Shown here in pieces: positions 21,375 through 32,743 of a stretch of DNA of 64,000 bases. The notes below the pieces were generated by a model that ran no database searches, had not been told where the DNA came from, and worked only from the letters and a program-made list of their open reading frames with translations. How positions within the stretch are numbered: position 1 is the first letter of the stretch; each line of letters begins with the position of its first letter. Source of the DNA: an uncultured cyanobacterium (GTDB taxonomy: Bacteria; Cyanobacteriota; Cyanobacteriia; Cyanobacteriales; CAWCAG01); contig CAWDOD010000010.1 in assembly GCA_963803805.1 (NCBI GenBank), positions 96,001-160,000 on the forward strand, written 5' to 3'. The position numbers and the translations under genes were made by a program.

Positions 21375-22172
21375 ATGAGCGTGCAAGCACGTCCTAATTT
21401 TCTTCAATATCTCTGGCTCTGTTTACTTATTCTCTCCGGTATAGTCGCCATTAGCGTATTACAAATGCCGCGTTTGAATAACCTTAAGCAAGATGAAAAC
21501 CTCTCTCCAGAAACTGCTCAAAAAGAAGTAGAGTCAAGCAAAGCTAGCCTCAATCTGCTAAAAAAATTTCCTGCTTTTGGGTTTGAAAACTTAGTAGCTG
21601 ATTGGGTATTTATTGAATTTTTAGAGTATTTTGGCGATGATGAAGCTAGACAACTTACAGATTATCGCCTTAGCCCAGAGTATTTTGAAATTATTGTTGA
21701 TCGTGATCCTCGTTTCTTAGATATCTATCCCTTTCTTTCTGCTAGCACTTCCATTTATGCAGGGCAACCAGAACGTAGTATTAAATTAATAGAACAGGGC
21801 TTAAAATCTCTTAATCCTCATGTTCAAAGTCGCTCTTACTATGTTTGGCGTTATAAAGCAACAGATGAGTTACTATTCTTAGGAGATCCTCAAGCTGCCC
21901 GCCAATCTTTCCAAAAAGCTGCTGAATGGGCAAGCATTCACCCCGATGAAGAAAGTCAACAAGTAGCCCAAGTTTCTCGCCAAACTGCTCAATTTTTAGA
22001 GAATAATCCTGATAGTAAATCAGCCCAAGTTAGTGCTTGGGGGATGGTTTTGCAAAATGCTGTAGACAAAGAAACTCGCGAAGCTGCGGTGCGACGCATT
22101 GAAGAATTGGGAGGTAAAGTAACTGTTTCTGATGAAGGAATAGTTAATGTACAGTTGCCAGAGCAAGATTGA
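21375..22172 (+). CDS. Conserved cyanobacterial hypothetical protein (N-terminal TM, helical repeat-like)
   Basis: FGFENLVADWVFIEFLEYFGD, DELLFLGD; recalled as a family often near pilin genes (not verified). Confidence 0.6.
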   Translation: MSVQARPNFLQYLWLCLLILSGIVAISVLQMPRLNNLKQDENLSPETAQKEVESSKASLNLLKKFPAFGFENLVADWVFIEFLEYFGDDEARQLTDYRLSPEYFEIIVDRDPRFLDIYPFLSASTSIYAGQPERSIKLIEQGLKSLNPHVQSRSYYVWRYKATDELLFLGDPQAARQSFQKAAEWASIHPDEESQQVAQVSRQTAQFLENNPDSKSAQVSAWGMVLQNAVDKETREAAVRRIEELGGKVTVSDEGIVNVQLPEQD

Positions 22173-23785
22173 AGTCGGAAAATGATGCTTTTTACTTCTT
22201 TTATCAGAATCTAATTCTTTTTCAGGGATGCCTTATGGACAAGTTGTTAGCTAAGTATAGAAAGTTATTCTTATATACTTTTTGCCTATTTATTATTATA
22301 TGCTTTGTCAGCTTGGTTGTTTTAAATACAACTAACAATGCCTTCGTAGACCATGTTGAAGGAAACGTAACAGCAGTTTCATGGTTACTACAAACTGGCA
22401 ACTATCCTCTCTACCATTCTGTAGACTCAACTGAGTATTATAACCTTTTCTTTGGCCCAGCATTTTATCTTATAGAAATACTATTTTTGAAAGTTTCTAA
22501 CCCAAGTATTTATGCAGCTAAATTTCCTATTTCTTTAGCTTTAATACTAAGTATATTTTTTCTATTTTTGTTAGTTTATAAACTAGTTAATTTTCAAATG
22601 GCTATAATTACAACTGCTTATATAACTCTTGTGATTATCTGTTTTGGAAATCTATACGGTAATGTTATCTTTAAAATCAGACCAGATTCTTTGATTTTAA
22701 TGTTAACTTGCTTATTGACATTAATAATAGTTACTAAGCCAGGAAAGTCAAGCATAGTAGCTGCCATTTTGACTATAGCTATTTGTGTAAACTTAAAATT
22801 CACTTCAATAATATACTTTCTCCCCTTGCTCTATGTTATTTATAGTCAGCAAGGCTTTTTTTCTTTATTAATATCTTTGTTTGGAGCAACATTTTTAACT
22901 TTACTGCCATTTGTCCATCCTAAAATTTCATTATTTAATTATTTAGCTTGGATAAAGATAATTAGTAATCATGGTCTAGACATAAACTTAATTAAAGAAA
23001 GCTTGATTTGGGCTTTATATCTAGTTTTTCCTTTGATTATTTTGATATTCCAGTTATACTTGCTTAACACTAATGAATTAAAAAAAATTTTTTTTAGTAA
23101 ATATCGATATCATCTGCTTTTACTATCAGTAAGTATCTTGATAATATCCTTAGCTACGGCTAAACCTGGCTCAGGTAAACATCATTTGATTCCTTTTATA
23201 CCGTCAATACTCTATATTTATATTCTTTTTTTGAGAAAAACTTTTTCTGTTTATTCAAGTTATAAAAAAAGAAAGTCTAATTTAATTAGATCAAACATTG
23301 CTTACTTGATTTCGGCACTTGTTTTTATCTTTACTTTCTATCATGGAGGGGTAAAAGGAGTAATATTATGGGAAAAAATTAGCATATCAGGTTCTAAAAT
23401 AGTTGCTGACATAGAAAAAATAATTGAGCGTTACCCAAACACAAATATAGAAATGGGATATGGAGAAAATACAGGCTATCCCTTAACCTACTATCGCCCC
23501 ATTTTAGTTTTTCATGGTAATCCTTATCTGATTGATGCTAATGCCTTAATGGATATGAGAAAAGCAGGGATAGATATCAATAATAAAACTATTGAAGTAC
23601 TAGACTCTTGCAGCACAAAAATTTGGCTAATTCCCAAAGATAATCAACCTTTTGCGCAACCTAGCTACTACGATAATAGTCCCCCTCTATTTAACAAAAA
23701 ATTTAAACAAGTTTTTTTCAACAAATATCGACTTCAGGAGCAAAGTGAGTTTTTTGATCTCTGGTTTTGTCAGCAGGATGTTTAG
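22169..23785 (+). CDS. Polytopic membrane protein, possible GT-C/ArnT-like glycosyltransferase
   Basis: Many TM helices, RPD motif, soluble C-terminal domain; visibly AT-rich; true start may be ATG 22235. Confidence 0.5.
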   Translation: MKSENDAFYFFYQNLILFQGCLMDKLLAKYRKLFLYTFCLFIIICFVSLVVLNTTNNAFVDHVEGNVTAVSWLLQTGNYPLYHSVDSTEYYNLFFGPAFYLIEILFLKVSNPSIYAAKFPISLALILSIFFLFLLVYKLVNFQMAIITTAYITLVIICFGNLYGNVIFKIRPDSLILMLTCLLTLIIVTKPGKSSIVAAILTIAICVNLKFTSIIYFLPLLYVIYSQQGFFSLLISLFGATFLTLLPFVHPKISLFNYLAWIKIISNHGLDINLIKESLIWALYLVFPLIILIFQLYLLNTNELKKIFFSKYRYHLLLLSVSILIISLATAKPGSGKHHLIPFIPSILYIYILFLRKTFSVYSSYKKRKSNLIRSNIAYLISALVFIFTFYHGGVKGVILWEKISISGSKIVADIEKIIERYPNTNIEMGYGENTGYPLTYYRPILVFHGNPYLIDANALMDMRKAGIDINNKTIEVLDSCSTKIWLIPKDNQPFAQPSYYDNSPPLFNKKFKQVFFNKYRLQEQSEFFDLWFCQQDV

Positions 23786-23830
23786 CCTTGTGCATCAAAT
23801 TGTTTCATATTAAATAAATGAGCAACTAAC

Positions 23831-23957
23831 TACAGGAATCCAAAGGGAAGTTTAATTCAGGTTAAGAGTGAAGAGGCTGCTGATGCTAAACGAAGAGCAG
23901 CACTTTTAGAGGCACGGTTGAGGGATTCTAGGAGTAGATCCAGGGGAATTAAGCTAG
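23831..23957 (+). pseudogene. Remnant of a Uma2-family endonuclease C-terminus
   Basis: Translates as ...EEAADAKRRAALLEARLRD/LGVDPGELS* with one frameshift; matches the 'RLRELGIDP' tail. Confidence 0.5.
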
Positions 23958-23970
23958 AGCATACTTGAAA

Positions 23971-24510
23971 TCAAAGAAAGCTAACGAAAAAGCTATAATT
24001 CAGCCAACCTAAGCCTATACCTACAAAACTAAATAGGGTAAGAATTGTAAATGCTTGCCATTCTCCGTAGCCTTCTTTTTGTAAATCCAACCGAGCCAAA
24101 GCTCCTGTGGTAAGGATAATTAGTAGACTTGTGAATACTTTGATCCAGCAGAACATGAGTACAGCAGCAAATGATAAGCTCATTATGGAAACAAAGGCGC
24201 TGGTATCCGATTTTAACCAACTACCAAAGCAGGTTCTAATCAGCTTAATGGGGGTAGTAAAGGCTCCAGCAAAGAGTAAAATGGAAACTACAACAATTAT
24301 CCATAAACCCCAGTAAGCAGTGGAGCTTGATGATAACCAGTTTAGAAAAGATGGTATTGATTTTAACCAAACTAGACGGGAAATATTTTCCTGCCACTCA
24401 TCTTCTCTGGCAATAACCGTACTTACTTTACCTATATGCCAACCAAAAACACTGTAAGCTAAAAGTAATAATCCTAAAGATAATTTGGGAACTCTAATTA
24501 AGAATGACAT
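23971..24510 (-). CDS. Conserved hypothetical membrane protein
   Basis: Several TM helices; 'W.KSDT.AF', 'LARLDLQ'. Confidence 0.65.
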   Translation of the reverse strand: MSFLIRVPKLSLGLLLLAYSVFGWHIGKVSTVIAREDEWQENISRLVWLKSIPSFLNWLSSSSTAYWGLWIIVVVSILLFAGAFTTPIKLIRTCFGSWLKSDTSAFVSIMSLSFAAVLMFCWIKVFTSLLIILTTGALARLDLQKEGYGEWQAFTILTLFSFVGIGLGWLNYSFFVSFL

Positions 24511-24670
24511 AAGTTAAGCATTAAATGGCTTGAATAGGGTAGTTTATCGCTCTTTAAGCAAGAGAAGTGTGCTTGTCTACCCCCAGCAAGTTGTCCTTGG
24601 CTGTGATCGAATTCACAAAGCCTAATGATCTACATCGTTCTGCTTAGATAGAAAAATCGGCATACTTAGT

Positions 24671-24750
24671 ATTGACTGAACTCTAGCCGAGTCATCAATA
24701 GGGAACACATTAGCAGCCGACAGATTCTGTATAGAAACTGTCGGTTTTTT
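24671..24750 (+). ncRNA. Candidate small RNA (two hairpins, intrinsic terminator)
   Basis: 5' hairpin ATTGA..ACTC/GAGT..TCAAT; single-stranded AGGGAACACATTAGC; terminator GCCGACAG..CTGTCGGT+T-tract on the + strand, while both flanking genes are on the - strand. Confidence 0.5.
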
Positions 24751-24873
24751 GTATAGGGATTTTTTGCTGAAGGCGAAGCATGGGATAGAAAAACATAAAA
24801 CTTAATGCTCAAACAATCTCAAACACTTCGCCCTAAGACAATTGTAATTTTACTTTGTCAATTTTTGTTTAGT

Positions 24874-25359
24874 TTAGGACATCGCTTGAATAATGTAGTC
24901 GAAGTAAGGGGCTGTTTCTTGAGCATCGTCTTCACTAAGTAAAGCTAAAGATGCCTCTTTTAAACAACGGATCGCTTCTACCATTCCAGGGACAGGTACA
25001 TCAAGGGCGTTGTACATCTCTCTGACACCGATCAAGCCGATATTCTCTATGGGGGCTTTGTCCCCAGCTAACACCCCATAGGTGATCAAGCGTAAATACC
25101 AGCCATAGTCCCGTAAACACTGTTTGCGTTCACGGTTTCCATTAGCATTGCCTCCAGGGGCAATAAAATCTGGACGCTTTTGCCAGAGATTTTTGCTGGC
25201 ACGATCAACTATCTTTTTTTCATTTTCTGCTAAGGTTTCAGCGATGCGTACTCGCTGCTCTCCGGTACACAAAAAATCTTTGATACCTTTGAGTTCTCCA
25301 CTGCTAGGATAGCGGAGTTCATCGTCTGCTTTGAGAATAACTTGACTAACTACACTCAT
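24874..25359 (-). CDS. apcD: Allophycocyanin-B alpha subunit
   Basis: [23 protein letters not shown]...[20 protein letters not shown]; 161 aa from ATG 25359. Confidence 0.95.
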   Translation of the reverse strand: MSVVSQVILKADDELRYPSSGELKGIKDFLCTGEQRVRIAETLAENEKKIVDRASKNLWQKRPDFIAPGGNANGNRERKQCLRDYGWYLRLITYGVLAGDKAPIENIGLIGVREMYNALDVPVPGMVEAIRCLKEASLALLSEDDAQETAPYFDYIIQAMS

Positions 25360-25401
25360 GATATTTCGAGAACTTTTAATATCTGTTAGTTTAGCTACTC
25401 T

Positions 25402-26826
25402 ATGGGACACAAAGAAAGGGAGAAGGGTAGGGTGGAAAGTAACAAATTAAACAATCTTAATATTATTGACCATTGGCAACAAGGGAAATTAGTGGAGGTG
25501 GAAATTACTGATATTAGCGATCGCGGCGATGGTACAGGACGTTTCGGGGATCGTGTTGTTTTTGTGCAGCAAACTGTAACAGGGGATCGCGCTTTAGTTC
25601 GGTTAGTGCGGGTGAAATCGAAATATGCCTTCGGTAAATTAGAAAAACTTCTTACTCCTTCTCCCCATCGCATCCGCCCTCAATGTATTGTTGCCGATAA
25701 GTGCGGTGGCTGTCAGTGGCAACATATTAGTTATGAATATCAGTTAACAGTGAAGCAAAATCAGGTGCTGCAAGCTTTAAAGAGAATTGGCAAGTTTGAA
25801 AATCCTCTTGTTGCTTCTACCTTAGCTGTGGCTTCTCCTTTGGATTATCGTAATAAAGCTACCTATCCCCTCAAAAGAGCTACTAGTGGGAATGTACAGG
25901 CAGGTTACTATCGTGCTGGTAGTCATCAATTAATTAATCTTAATCAATGTCCAGTGCAAGATCAGAGATTAAATCCTCTTTTAGCTGAAGTAAAAGGAGA
26001 TATTCAAAAGCAAGGTTGGTCAATTTATAACGAAGAGTTAAATAGAGGTAAACTGCGGCATCTCTCTTTACGTATTGGTAAGCGTACTGGAGAAATGTTG
26101 CTAACTTTAGTCAGTCGGGAGGGTAACTTATCGCAATTGGAAAGCCAAGGCCAAGAATGGTTAGAACGCTATCCCTCTTTGGTAGGAGTTTGCCTGAATT
26201 TAAACCCTAATTCTACTAACGTTATTTTTGGTTCCCAAACTCTGAGTATTGTTGGGCAGCCTTATTTAACTGAAGAGTTTGCTGGACTAAAGTTTCAACT
26301 GTTGCCTCAAACCTTCTTCCAAGTCAATACAGAGGCAGCAGAGAAGTTATTAGAGGTAATTCATCAAAAATTAGATTTACAGGGTCATGAAGTCCTTGTA
26401 GATGCCTACTGTGGAATTGGCACTTTTACTTTACCCTTGGCTAAAAAGGTGCGGTTGGCTTTTGGTATAGAAGTACAAGCTGATTCTGTAGCGCAAGGAA
26501 AGTTGAATGCTCAGACTAATAAGATTAATAACGTTTCTTTTCTGTGCGGAACAGTAAAAACCTGTTTGCCGCAACTGGAATTAGTTCCAGATATTTTACT
26601 TCTCGACCCTCCTCGTAAGGGTTGCGATACTGCGGTTATAGAAACTATTTTGCAAATTCAGCCGCAACATTTGGTTTATGTTAGTTGTAAGCCAGCTACC
26701 TTAGCTAGGGATCTCAAACTTCTTTGTCAAAATGGAATTTACCAGTTGAATTTTGTCCAACCCGTAGATTTATTTCCTCAAACAGCCCATGTTGAATGTG
26801 TTGCTTTCTTAGAGAAAAGCAAATAA
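25402..26826 (+). CDS. rlmD: 23S rRNA (uracil-1939-C5)-methyltransferase
   Basis: TRAM domain, C..CGGC Fe-S motif, [32 protein letters not shown]. Confidence 0.92.
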   Translation: MGHKEREKGRVESNKLNNLNIIDHWQQGKLVEVEITDISDRGDGTGRFGDRVVFVQQTVTGDRALVRLVRVKSKYAFGKLEKLLTPSPHRIRPQCIVADKCGGCQWQHISYEYQLTVKQNQVLQALKRIGKFENPLVASTLAVASPLDYRNKATYPLKRATSGNVQAGYYRAGSHQLINLNQCPVQDQRLNPLLAEVKGDIQKQGWSIYNEELNRGKLRHLSLRIGKRTGEMLLTLVSREGNLSQLESQGQEWLERYPSLVGVCLNLNPNSTNVIFGSQTLSIVGQPYLTEEFAGLKFQLLPQTFFQVNTEAAEKLLEVIHQKLDLQGHEVLVDAYCGIGTFTLPLAKKVRLAFGIEVQADSVAQGKLNAQTNKINNVSFLCGTVKTCLPQLELVPDILLLDPPRKGCDTAVIETILQIQPQHLVYVSCKPATLARDLKLLCQNGIYQLNFVQPVDLFPQTAHVECVAFLEKSK

Positions 26827-26843
26827 GGCTAAACTTTTATTTG

Positions 26844-27530
26844 CTATCTCCATTGCAAATTATTTGGTAGTTCTGCTGAGGTAAATTCAATGTGAATAAC
26901 TCTGCGGTCACTAGGATTCTGAGCAGTTTGAGAACTGTGAACTAGTAAAGGTTTCATGACTAGAATATCTCCTGCTAAAGCTGAGCAATTGATAGCAGTG
27001 GATTTGATTTTTTGAGTTCTTTCAGAGTTTAAAAGTCCTTGTTTATGGGAGCCTGGAATAATACGCAAACAGCCATTACTTGAATTAGTATCATCTAAAT
27101 GGAAGCGTAGAGTAATTATCGATTCAAGAATATTAATGGGAGGTTGAACATGAGGAATACCTGCTTTAATAGACCAAGGATAAAAACCTGGTGTTTCCAT
27201 CTTTTTTCTCACTGCAATAGTTAAATCTTGATGCCAAGGAACACTCCAATTAACTTGAGTATTTTTATTGAAAAAGAGACTGCGTACAGGAATCATATTT
27301 TCACCAGTTATTGAAGAAACTAGGGAAATAATTGTTGTTGAGGTACAAATTTGCTGTACTTCTGGAACTAGTTCTAAAAGATTGCGTAAACCGTATTTTG
27401 GTAAACTTCTTTTATTGATTACTGAGTTCAGGGCAGTTTTCAGAATTTTAACTTGCTTTTCTGTTAAAAATTGAGGAATGATACAGAAACCTTCTTTGGC
27501 AATTAATTGAGAGTATCTTTTAGAACTCAT
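26844..27530 (-). CDS. Phytanoyl-CoA dioxygenase (PhyH) family 2OG-Fe(II) oxygenase
   Basis: WHQD, HLDD, GCLRIIPGSH, H..RRVIHIEF. Confidence 0.88.
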   Translation of the reverse strand: MSSKRYSQLIAKEGFCIIPQFLTEKQVKILKTALNSVINKRSLPKYGLRNLLELVPEVQQICTSTTIISLVSSITGENMIPVRSLFFNKNTQVNWSVPWHQDLTIAVRKKMETPGFYPWSIKAGIPHVQPPINILESIITLRFHLDDTNSSNGCLRIIPGSHKQGLLNSERTQKIKSTAINCSALAGDILVMKPLLVHSSQTAQNPSDRRVIHIEFTSAELPNNLQWR

Positions 27531-27624
27531 AGATTAATTGATAAAAGTGTTATTGATTTTGCTCTCCTAGATTTTAATATAGAGAGTGAGGTAATGTTTC
27601 TATCAAAAATTAACAAATATAATT

Positions 27625-28686
27625 ATGTCTAAATTAGAAATACAAAACTTAAGAAAAGAATATGCAGCTAATGTAGTTCCGGTTAAAGATATTAGTATCA
27701 ACGTAGAAGACGGAGAATTTCTTACCCTTCTTGGCCCTTCAGGTTGTGGCAAATCTACTTTACTACGTTTAATTGCTGGCTTAGAGCCTCCTACGAAAGG
27801 AAATGTTGTTATTGGCAGTCGCAATGTTAACAAAATTGCACCGGGCGATCGCAACATAGCTATGGTATTTCAAAGTTATGCCCTGTATCCCCATATGAGT
27901 GTCGCGGAAAATATTGGTGCAGCTTTAAAGTTAAGAAAAATCTCCTCAGAGGAAATCAAAAATCGAGTCACAGAAGCAGCTTATAAACTGGGTTTAGAAA
28001 ACTTATTAGATAGAAAACCAGGACAACTTTCCGGGGGACAAAGACAAAGGGTTGCTTTAGCCCGTGCCTTAGTACGAAACCCTGATGTATTTTTGTTAGA
28101 TGAGCCGTTAAGTAACTTAGATGCTTTATTACGGGAACAGGTGCGGGCAGATTTAAAACAGTTATTCAAAGAGCAAAACAAGCCGGTTGTCTACGTTACT
28201 CATGATCAAACCGAAGCCATGACTTTATCGAGTAAAGTTGCTGTATTGCTTGACGGCTTAGTACAACAACTTGATCCTCCTAGTCGTATTTATAGCCATC
28301 CGGCTAATCAATTCGTAGCTGGTTTTGTAGGCAGTCCTCAAATGAATCTCTTAACTCTTTTGTGCGAAGGAGATTTGGCCATTTTAGGAGATTTTAAAAT
28401 TCCTTTACCAAAGTTAGCCACGAAACCGGCTCAAATAGTCTTAGGCATTCGTCCTGAAGATATTGGTATCATTCCTACAGAAGAATCCTTAACCATACAA
28501 GGAGAAGTATTTCTGGTAGAAGGATTAGGTAAAGAAAACTTAGTCAGTCTCAAAGTACAAGGATCTGATACTACGATCAGAGCTTTAGTTCCTGCTGATT
28601 ATCAGTGGGAAGGAGATTTTTTAAATCTATCTGTTTCTCAAAAGCAGCTTCACTGGTTTGAAATTAAAACCGGAGAACGTTTTTAA
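27625..28686 (+). CDS. Sugar/osmolyte ABC transporter ATP-binding subunit (MalK/UgpC family)
   Basis: GPSGCGKST, VFQSYALYPHM, LSGGQRQR, DEPLSNLD, YVTHDQ, TOBE domain. Confidence 0.92.
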   Translation: MSKLEIQNLRKEYAANVVPVKDISINVEDGEFLTLLGPSGCGKSTLLRLIAGLEPPTKGNVVIGSRNVNKIAPGDRNIAMVFQSYALYPHMSVAENIGAALKLRKISSEEIKNRVTEAAYKLGLENLLDRKPGQLSGGQRQRVALARALVRNPDVFLLDEPLSNLDALLREQVRADLKQLFKEQNKPVVYVTHDQTEAMTLSSKVAVLLDGLVQQLDPPSRIYSHPANQFVAGFVGSPQMNLLTLLCEGDLAILGDFKIPLPKLATKPAQIVLGIRPEDIGIIPTEESLTIQGEVFLVEGLGKENLVSLKVQGSDTTIRALVPADYQWEGDFLNLSVSQKQLHWFEIKTGERF

Positions 28687-28816
28687 AAACCAGGCAGTAT
28701 TTTAAGAACTAGTGTGTCCTAATTACATTGAGGGATAATTTTTAGGATAAAAGGTTGTCCTCAAATAACCCCTTTCCCGTCAATTGAAGATTGATTGGCT
28801 ACAAGGCTACTAACCT

Positions 28817-29491
28817 TCAAATCAAATACTCTAACTCTAAATTAGCAGCTACCTGAGCCAGCTTATTCTTATCTTGGGGATCAGCTAAATGAGGCAACAA
28901 TCCCAACACAGGAAGATTAGTTAACGACTGGATCAAATCAATCGGTGTCCAATCGGCTAACTTTTCCTCCGTACCCGCTTCTCGACAATTAAGTACAATT
29001 CCTTTCAAAGAAACACCAAATTGCTTCGCTAAAGCCACATTTGCCACAGTTTGCGCGATCGCCCCCAACTTAATAGGAACTACTAAAATTGTGGGCAAAC
29101 GCCAATCCCTAGCCAGATCCGCAACTATTAACTCAGAAGTAACTGGTGAACCCAAACCTCCCAAAGCTTCCACAACCACCAAATCTCGCTGTTTTTGTAA
29201 ATGGTTTAAAGTTTGCCAAACCCTGCCTAGATTAACTTCTTTCCCTTCCCTTTCTGAGGCTATAGGAGGGGCAACAGGAGTATCAAAACACAAAGGAGCA
29301 ATTTCTTCAGAAGATTGGGGTAAAGAAAAAAGTTGCTGGTACAACTCGCGATCACCAATTCCCGTTTGTACCAGTTTCATCAACCCCAACTTATCCAAAG
29401 AACGATATTTTTCCCAGTAAGCAACCAAACAAGTTGTCAAAACCGTCTTGCCTACTTCTGTATCAGTTCCTGTTATTAGTAAGTTAGCCAT
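28817..29491 (-). CDS. bioD: Dethiobiotin synthase
   Basis: [21 protein letters not shown]. Confidence 0.92.
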   Translation of the reverse strand: MANLLITGTDTEVGKTVLTTCLVAYWEKYRSLDKLGLMKLVQTGIGDRELYQQLFSLPQSSEEIAPLCFDTPVAPPIASEREGKEVNLGRVWQTLNHLQKQRDLVVVEALGGLGSPVTSELIVADLARDWRLPTILVVPIKLGAIAQTVANVALAKQFGVSLKGIVLNCREAGTEEKLADWTPIDLIQSLTNLPVLGLLPHLADPQDKNKLAQVAANLELEYLI

Positions 29492-29545
29492 TGAGAATTA
29501 TTAGTTGCTTATTATTAGCTTTTTGGTTATGAGTCATGGACTAGC

Positions 29546-31296
29546 TTAACTCTGCGTGGGAGATGGGCTTGGGGGAGTTGGTGTAGGAGTTGGTGCAGGG
29601 GTTGGCGTTGGTGTAGGAGTTGGTGCAGGGGTTGGCGTTGGTGTAGGAGTTGGTGCAGGGGTTGGCGTTGGTGTAGGAGTTGGTGCAGGGGTTGGTGTAG
29701 GAGTTGGTGCAGGGGTTGGTGCAGGGGTTGGTGCAGGGGTTGGTACGGCTACTTGTTGTAAACGGATATTAAGTTGATAATCATACTGTTCATCCTCTAA
29801 GCCAGCCACCGGTTCTAAGCGAACAATATAGTTTCCAGAAGTAGTAAGCTGTCCTTGCCAACTTTTCACTCCTTGGGCCCAGGTGCTACTAAAGTACCAT
29901 TTGGCTCGTATACTGACATCAAAACCCCTGGACTACTCACTGTAACAATCAAAACTTGGTTAGCTTGTGCCGGGACAATGTAATCTAAGATTTGATTTGG
30001 TTCCAAGCGTCCTTGAGTAGAAAATACTCCACCAGCACTAATATTTAGGAGTTCCTTCTTCACATCAGGAGATTGAGTTGCTGTAGGAGAAATAGTAGGA
30101 CTAGGAGTAATCTCCTCATTATCAGAACCAAAAATTGATCTCACTATCAGCCAAGATATCAATCCTACTGCTACGGCAATCAGCAAAGTTGCCCCGGCTA
30201 TAGCCAAAGGATTTTCCCAAAAAGAACCATCACCTTCACTAGGAATAATTGCTGGAGGATCTTCATCTGTATCCCTACTACTAGAAGGTGCGGCAACTGA
30301 AGTTGGGGGTAAAGGTTGCCCTACAGCAACAGTTTCTGCTTGAGAAACTCCCTGTCTTAGCTCTGGATGCTCTTGAGCTACTTGAGGGGGAGGAGTAAGG
30401 ATAGTTGTGGTCGTGGGGCTAGAAATAGCTGCTAGGGCTTGGAAAACTTCGTCTGCTGATTGATACCGATCCCCTGGTTGATGGGCCAACATCCGGTTCA
30501 AAACATTAGCAAACTGTTCATCTGTTCCTGCCCAGGTTCGCCAATTCCAACTTAGTTGAACATCATCATATAACTCACTAGGAGGCTTACCCGTTAGCAT
30601 TACTATTGCCGTAACAGCTAAAGAATAAAGATCACTACTAGGATAAGCCTGTCCTCTTTGAATTTGTTCTGGAGGAGCATAACCCAACTTACCCACTGTT
30701 GTAGGTAGAGCATTCATATCTTCTGATTGAAATTGAGTTGCTAACTGTTTAACCACCCCAAAATCAATCAACACAGGTAAACTAATTTGCTGCCCTGCTT
30801 CATTAGTCGCAATGGGAGCATCTGGCAAAATAATATTGTCGGGAGCAATATCCCGGTGAATAATCCCTTTATTGTGAATATAAGAAAGAACTGGTAAAAG
30901 CTGCTGTAAAGTATCTAAAACTTCAGCTTCTGAGAAAGTTTGTCCGCGCGATCGCCTCTCTCCCAACAATTCCCGATAAGTTTTACCCTCCACATAATCT
31001 TGCACAAAAAACAAGCGTCCCTCTTCCTCAAAAGTAGAGCGAAATTGAGGAACTTGGGGATGTTGGATTTGATAGAGTGTCGTTGCTTCTCTTTGAAATA
31101 ATTCCCGTGATTTTTCTAGAACGTACTCTGAATCTTGGTTAGGAATCAATTCCTTAAGCACACAAGATTCATTAAAACGTCCTTCATCTTCAGCTAGGTA
31201 GGTACGAGCAAAACCTCCCTGACCAAGAACCCTAATTACACGATAACGATTATTCAGTAACGTATCTGGAGAAATAGGCGCTTGTATTTCTGACAT
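29546..31296 (-). CDS. Ser/Thr protein kinase with TM, extracellular PPC-like domain and Pro-Thr tail; frameshift near 29878
   Basis: [28 protein letters not shown]; adding one G in GGGCCC joins APG to [11 protein letters not shown]. Confidence 0.85.
29570..29745 (-). repeat. Tandem 30-bp/12-bp repeats encoding a [10 protein letters not shown] linker
   Basis: GTTGGCGTTGGTGTAGGAGTTGGTGCAGGG units. Confidence 0.9.
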
Positions 31297-31661
31297 AGGT
31301 TATATTTTTCGGCATCAGATATCCCTCATTTGAAGACAGGGACTAAGATGCACTCTCCTTAGTAAAGTTAGTAAATTATTGTTTTTTGGTGAGGATATTA
31401 ATAAAATCCTGTATCGCCATAATCATAGAAGGTAGAAGGGATTTTTTGAAGTTCAAGACCATTAAGAAAAAAATACAGCTTACTCTAGTATCGACTTAGT
31501 TATAAAGACTTTTACTACCGACGAGTTTGATTAATCTAAATTAACATTCTTCCTCAGTTAACTCCTATCAGAACCTAGTAGATCTTCAAAAGATTAATAT
31601 TTGCCAAACTTTATTGGTTAGGATGGTAAAACTGTAATGAATCGAGGTTCAAGAGTCTGTT

Positions 31662-32653
31662 GTGAGCCATTCTGCAACATTACCGCTTCACTCAACCCTG
31701 GCATCCCTTTCTGACAACAATCGCCTGCGATTATTTTCTGGTTCTTCTAATCTAGTCCTCTCGCGAGAAGTGGCTCGCTATTTGGGCATGGATCTGGGCC
31801 GATGATTCGCAAAAGATTTGCTGATGGAGAACTATATGTTCAAATTCAAGAATCTATTAGGGGATGCGATGTTTATTTAATACAACCCTGTTGTTACCCC
31901 GTTAACGACCACTTGATGGAATTACTAATTATGATTGATGCCTGCCGTCGGGCTTCAGCACGCCAAATTACGGCAGTAATTCCTTACTATGGTTATGCAA
32001 GGGCTGACCGCAAAACTGCTGGTCGTGAATCTATCACAGCTAAATTAGTAGCTAACTTAGTTACCGAGTCGGGGGCTAATCGTATTGTAGCTATGGATTT
32101 GCATTCTTCGCAAATTCAAGGCTACTTTGACATTCCTTTGGATCATGTCTATGGTTCTCCTGTACTCTTAGATTATTTAGCCAGCAAAAATTTACCTGAC
32201 TTAGTAGTCGTTTCTCCTGATGTAGGAGGTGTTGCTAGAGCAAGGGCCTTTGCTAAAAAGCTTAATGATGCCCCTTTAGCCATTATCGACAAGCGTCGCC
32301 AAGCCCACAACGTAGCCGAGGTTATGAATGTTATTGGTGATGTAGCTGGTAAAACAGCCGTCTTAGTTGACGACATGATAGATACTGCTGGCACTATCTG
32401 CGAAGCAGCTAGATTACTACGGAAAGAAGGGGCCCGCCAAATTTATGCTTGTGCAACCCATGCTGTATTCTCTCCTCCAGCTATAAGTCGATTATCCGAT
32501 GGAACTTTTGAAGAAGTAATTGTTACTAATACAATTCCTTTACCAGAATCCCAAATGTTTGAGCAGTTGAAAATACTTTCTGTAGCTAACTTATTGGGGG
32601 AAACTATCTGGCGTGTTCATGAAGATAGCTCTGTGAGCAGTATGTTCCGTTAA
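31662..32653 (+). CDS. prs: Ribose-phosphate pyrophosphokinase; apparent 1-bp deletion at ~31800
   Basis: The upstream frame gives MSHSATL..NNRLRLFSGSSN..YLGMDLG and joins (P)MIRKRFADGE; VVSPDVGG, VDDMIDTAGT. Confidence 0.93.
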
Positions 32654-32660
32654 CTGAGGA

Positions 32661-32687
32661 GTAGAGATGGTGTAATAACGTCTCTAC
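32661..32687. repeat. REP-like palindrome
   Basis: GTAGAGATG-N9-CGTCTCTAC directly after the prs stop. Confidence 0.6.
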
Positions 32688-32743
32688 TTCATATTTCTTT
32701 GCAATCGTTTTAAAATAGAAGCAAAGATATATTTAAAAATATA

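Noticed and set aside
29556-29777. Gly-Val-Ala repeat ORF on the + strand
   Set aside because: It is the antisense shadow of the Pro-Thr linker of the kinase.
31790-31805. Programmed frameshift in prs
   Set aside because: No slippery heptamer or stimulatory structure; a 1-bp consensus error in GGGCC(C)G is simpler.
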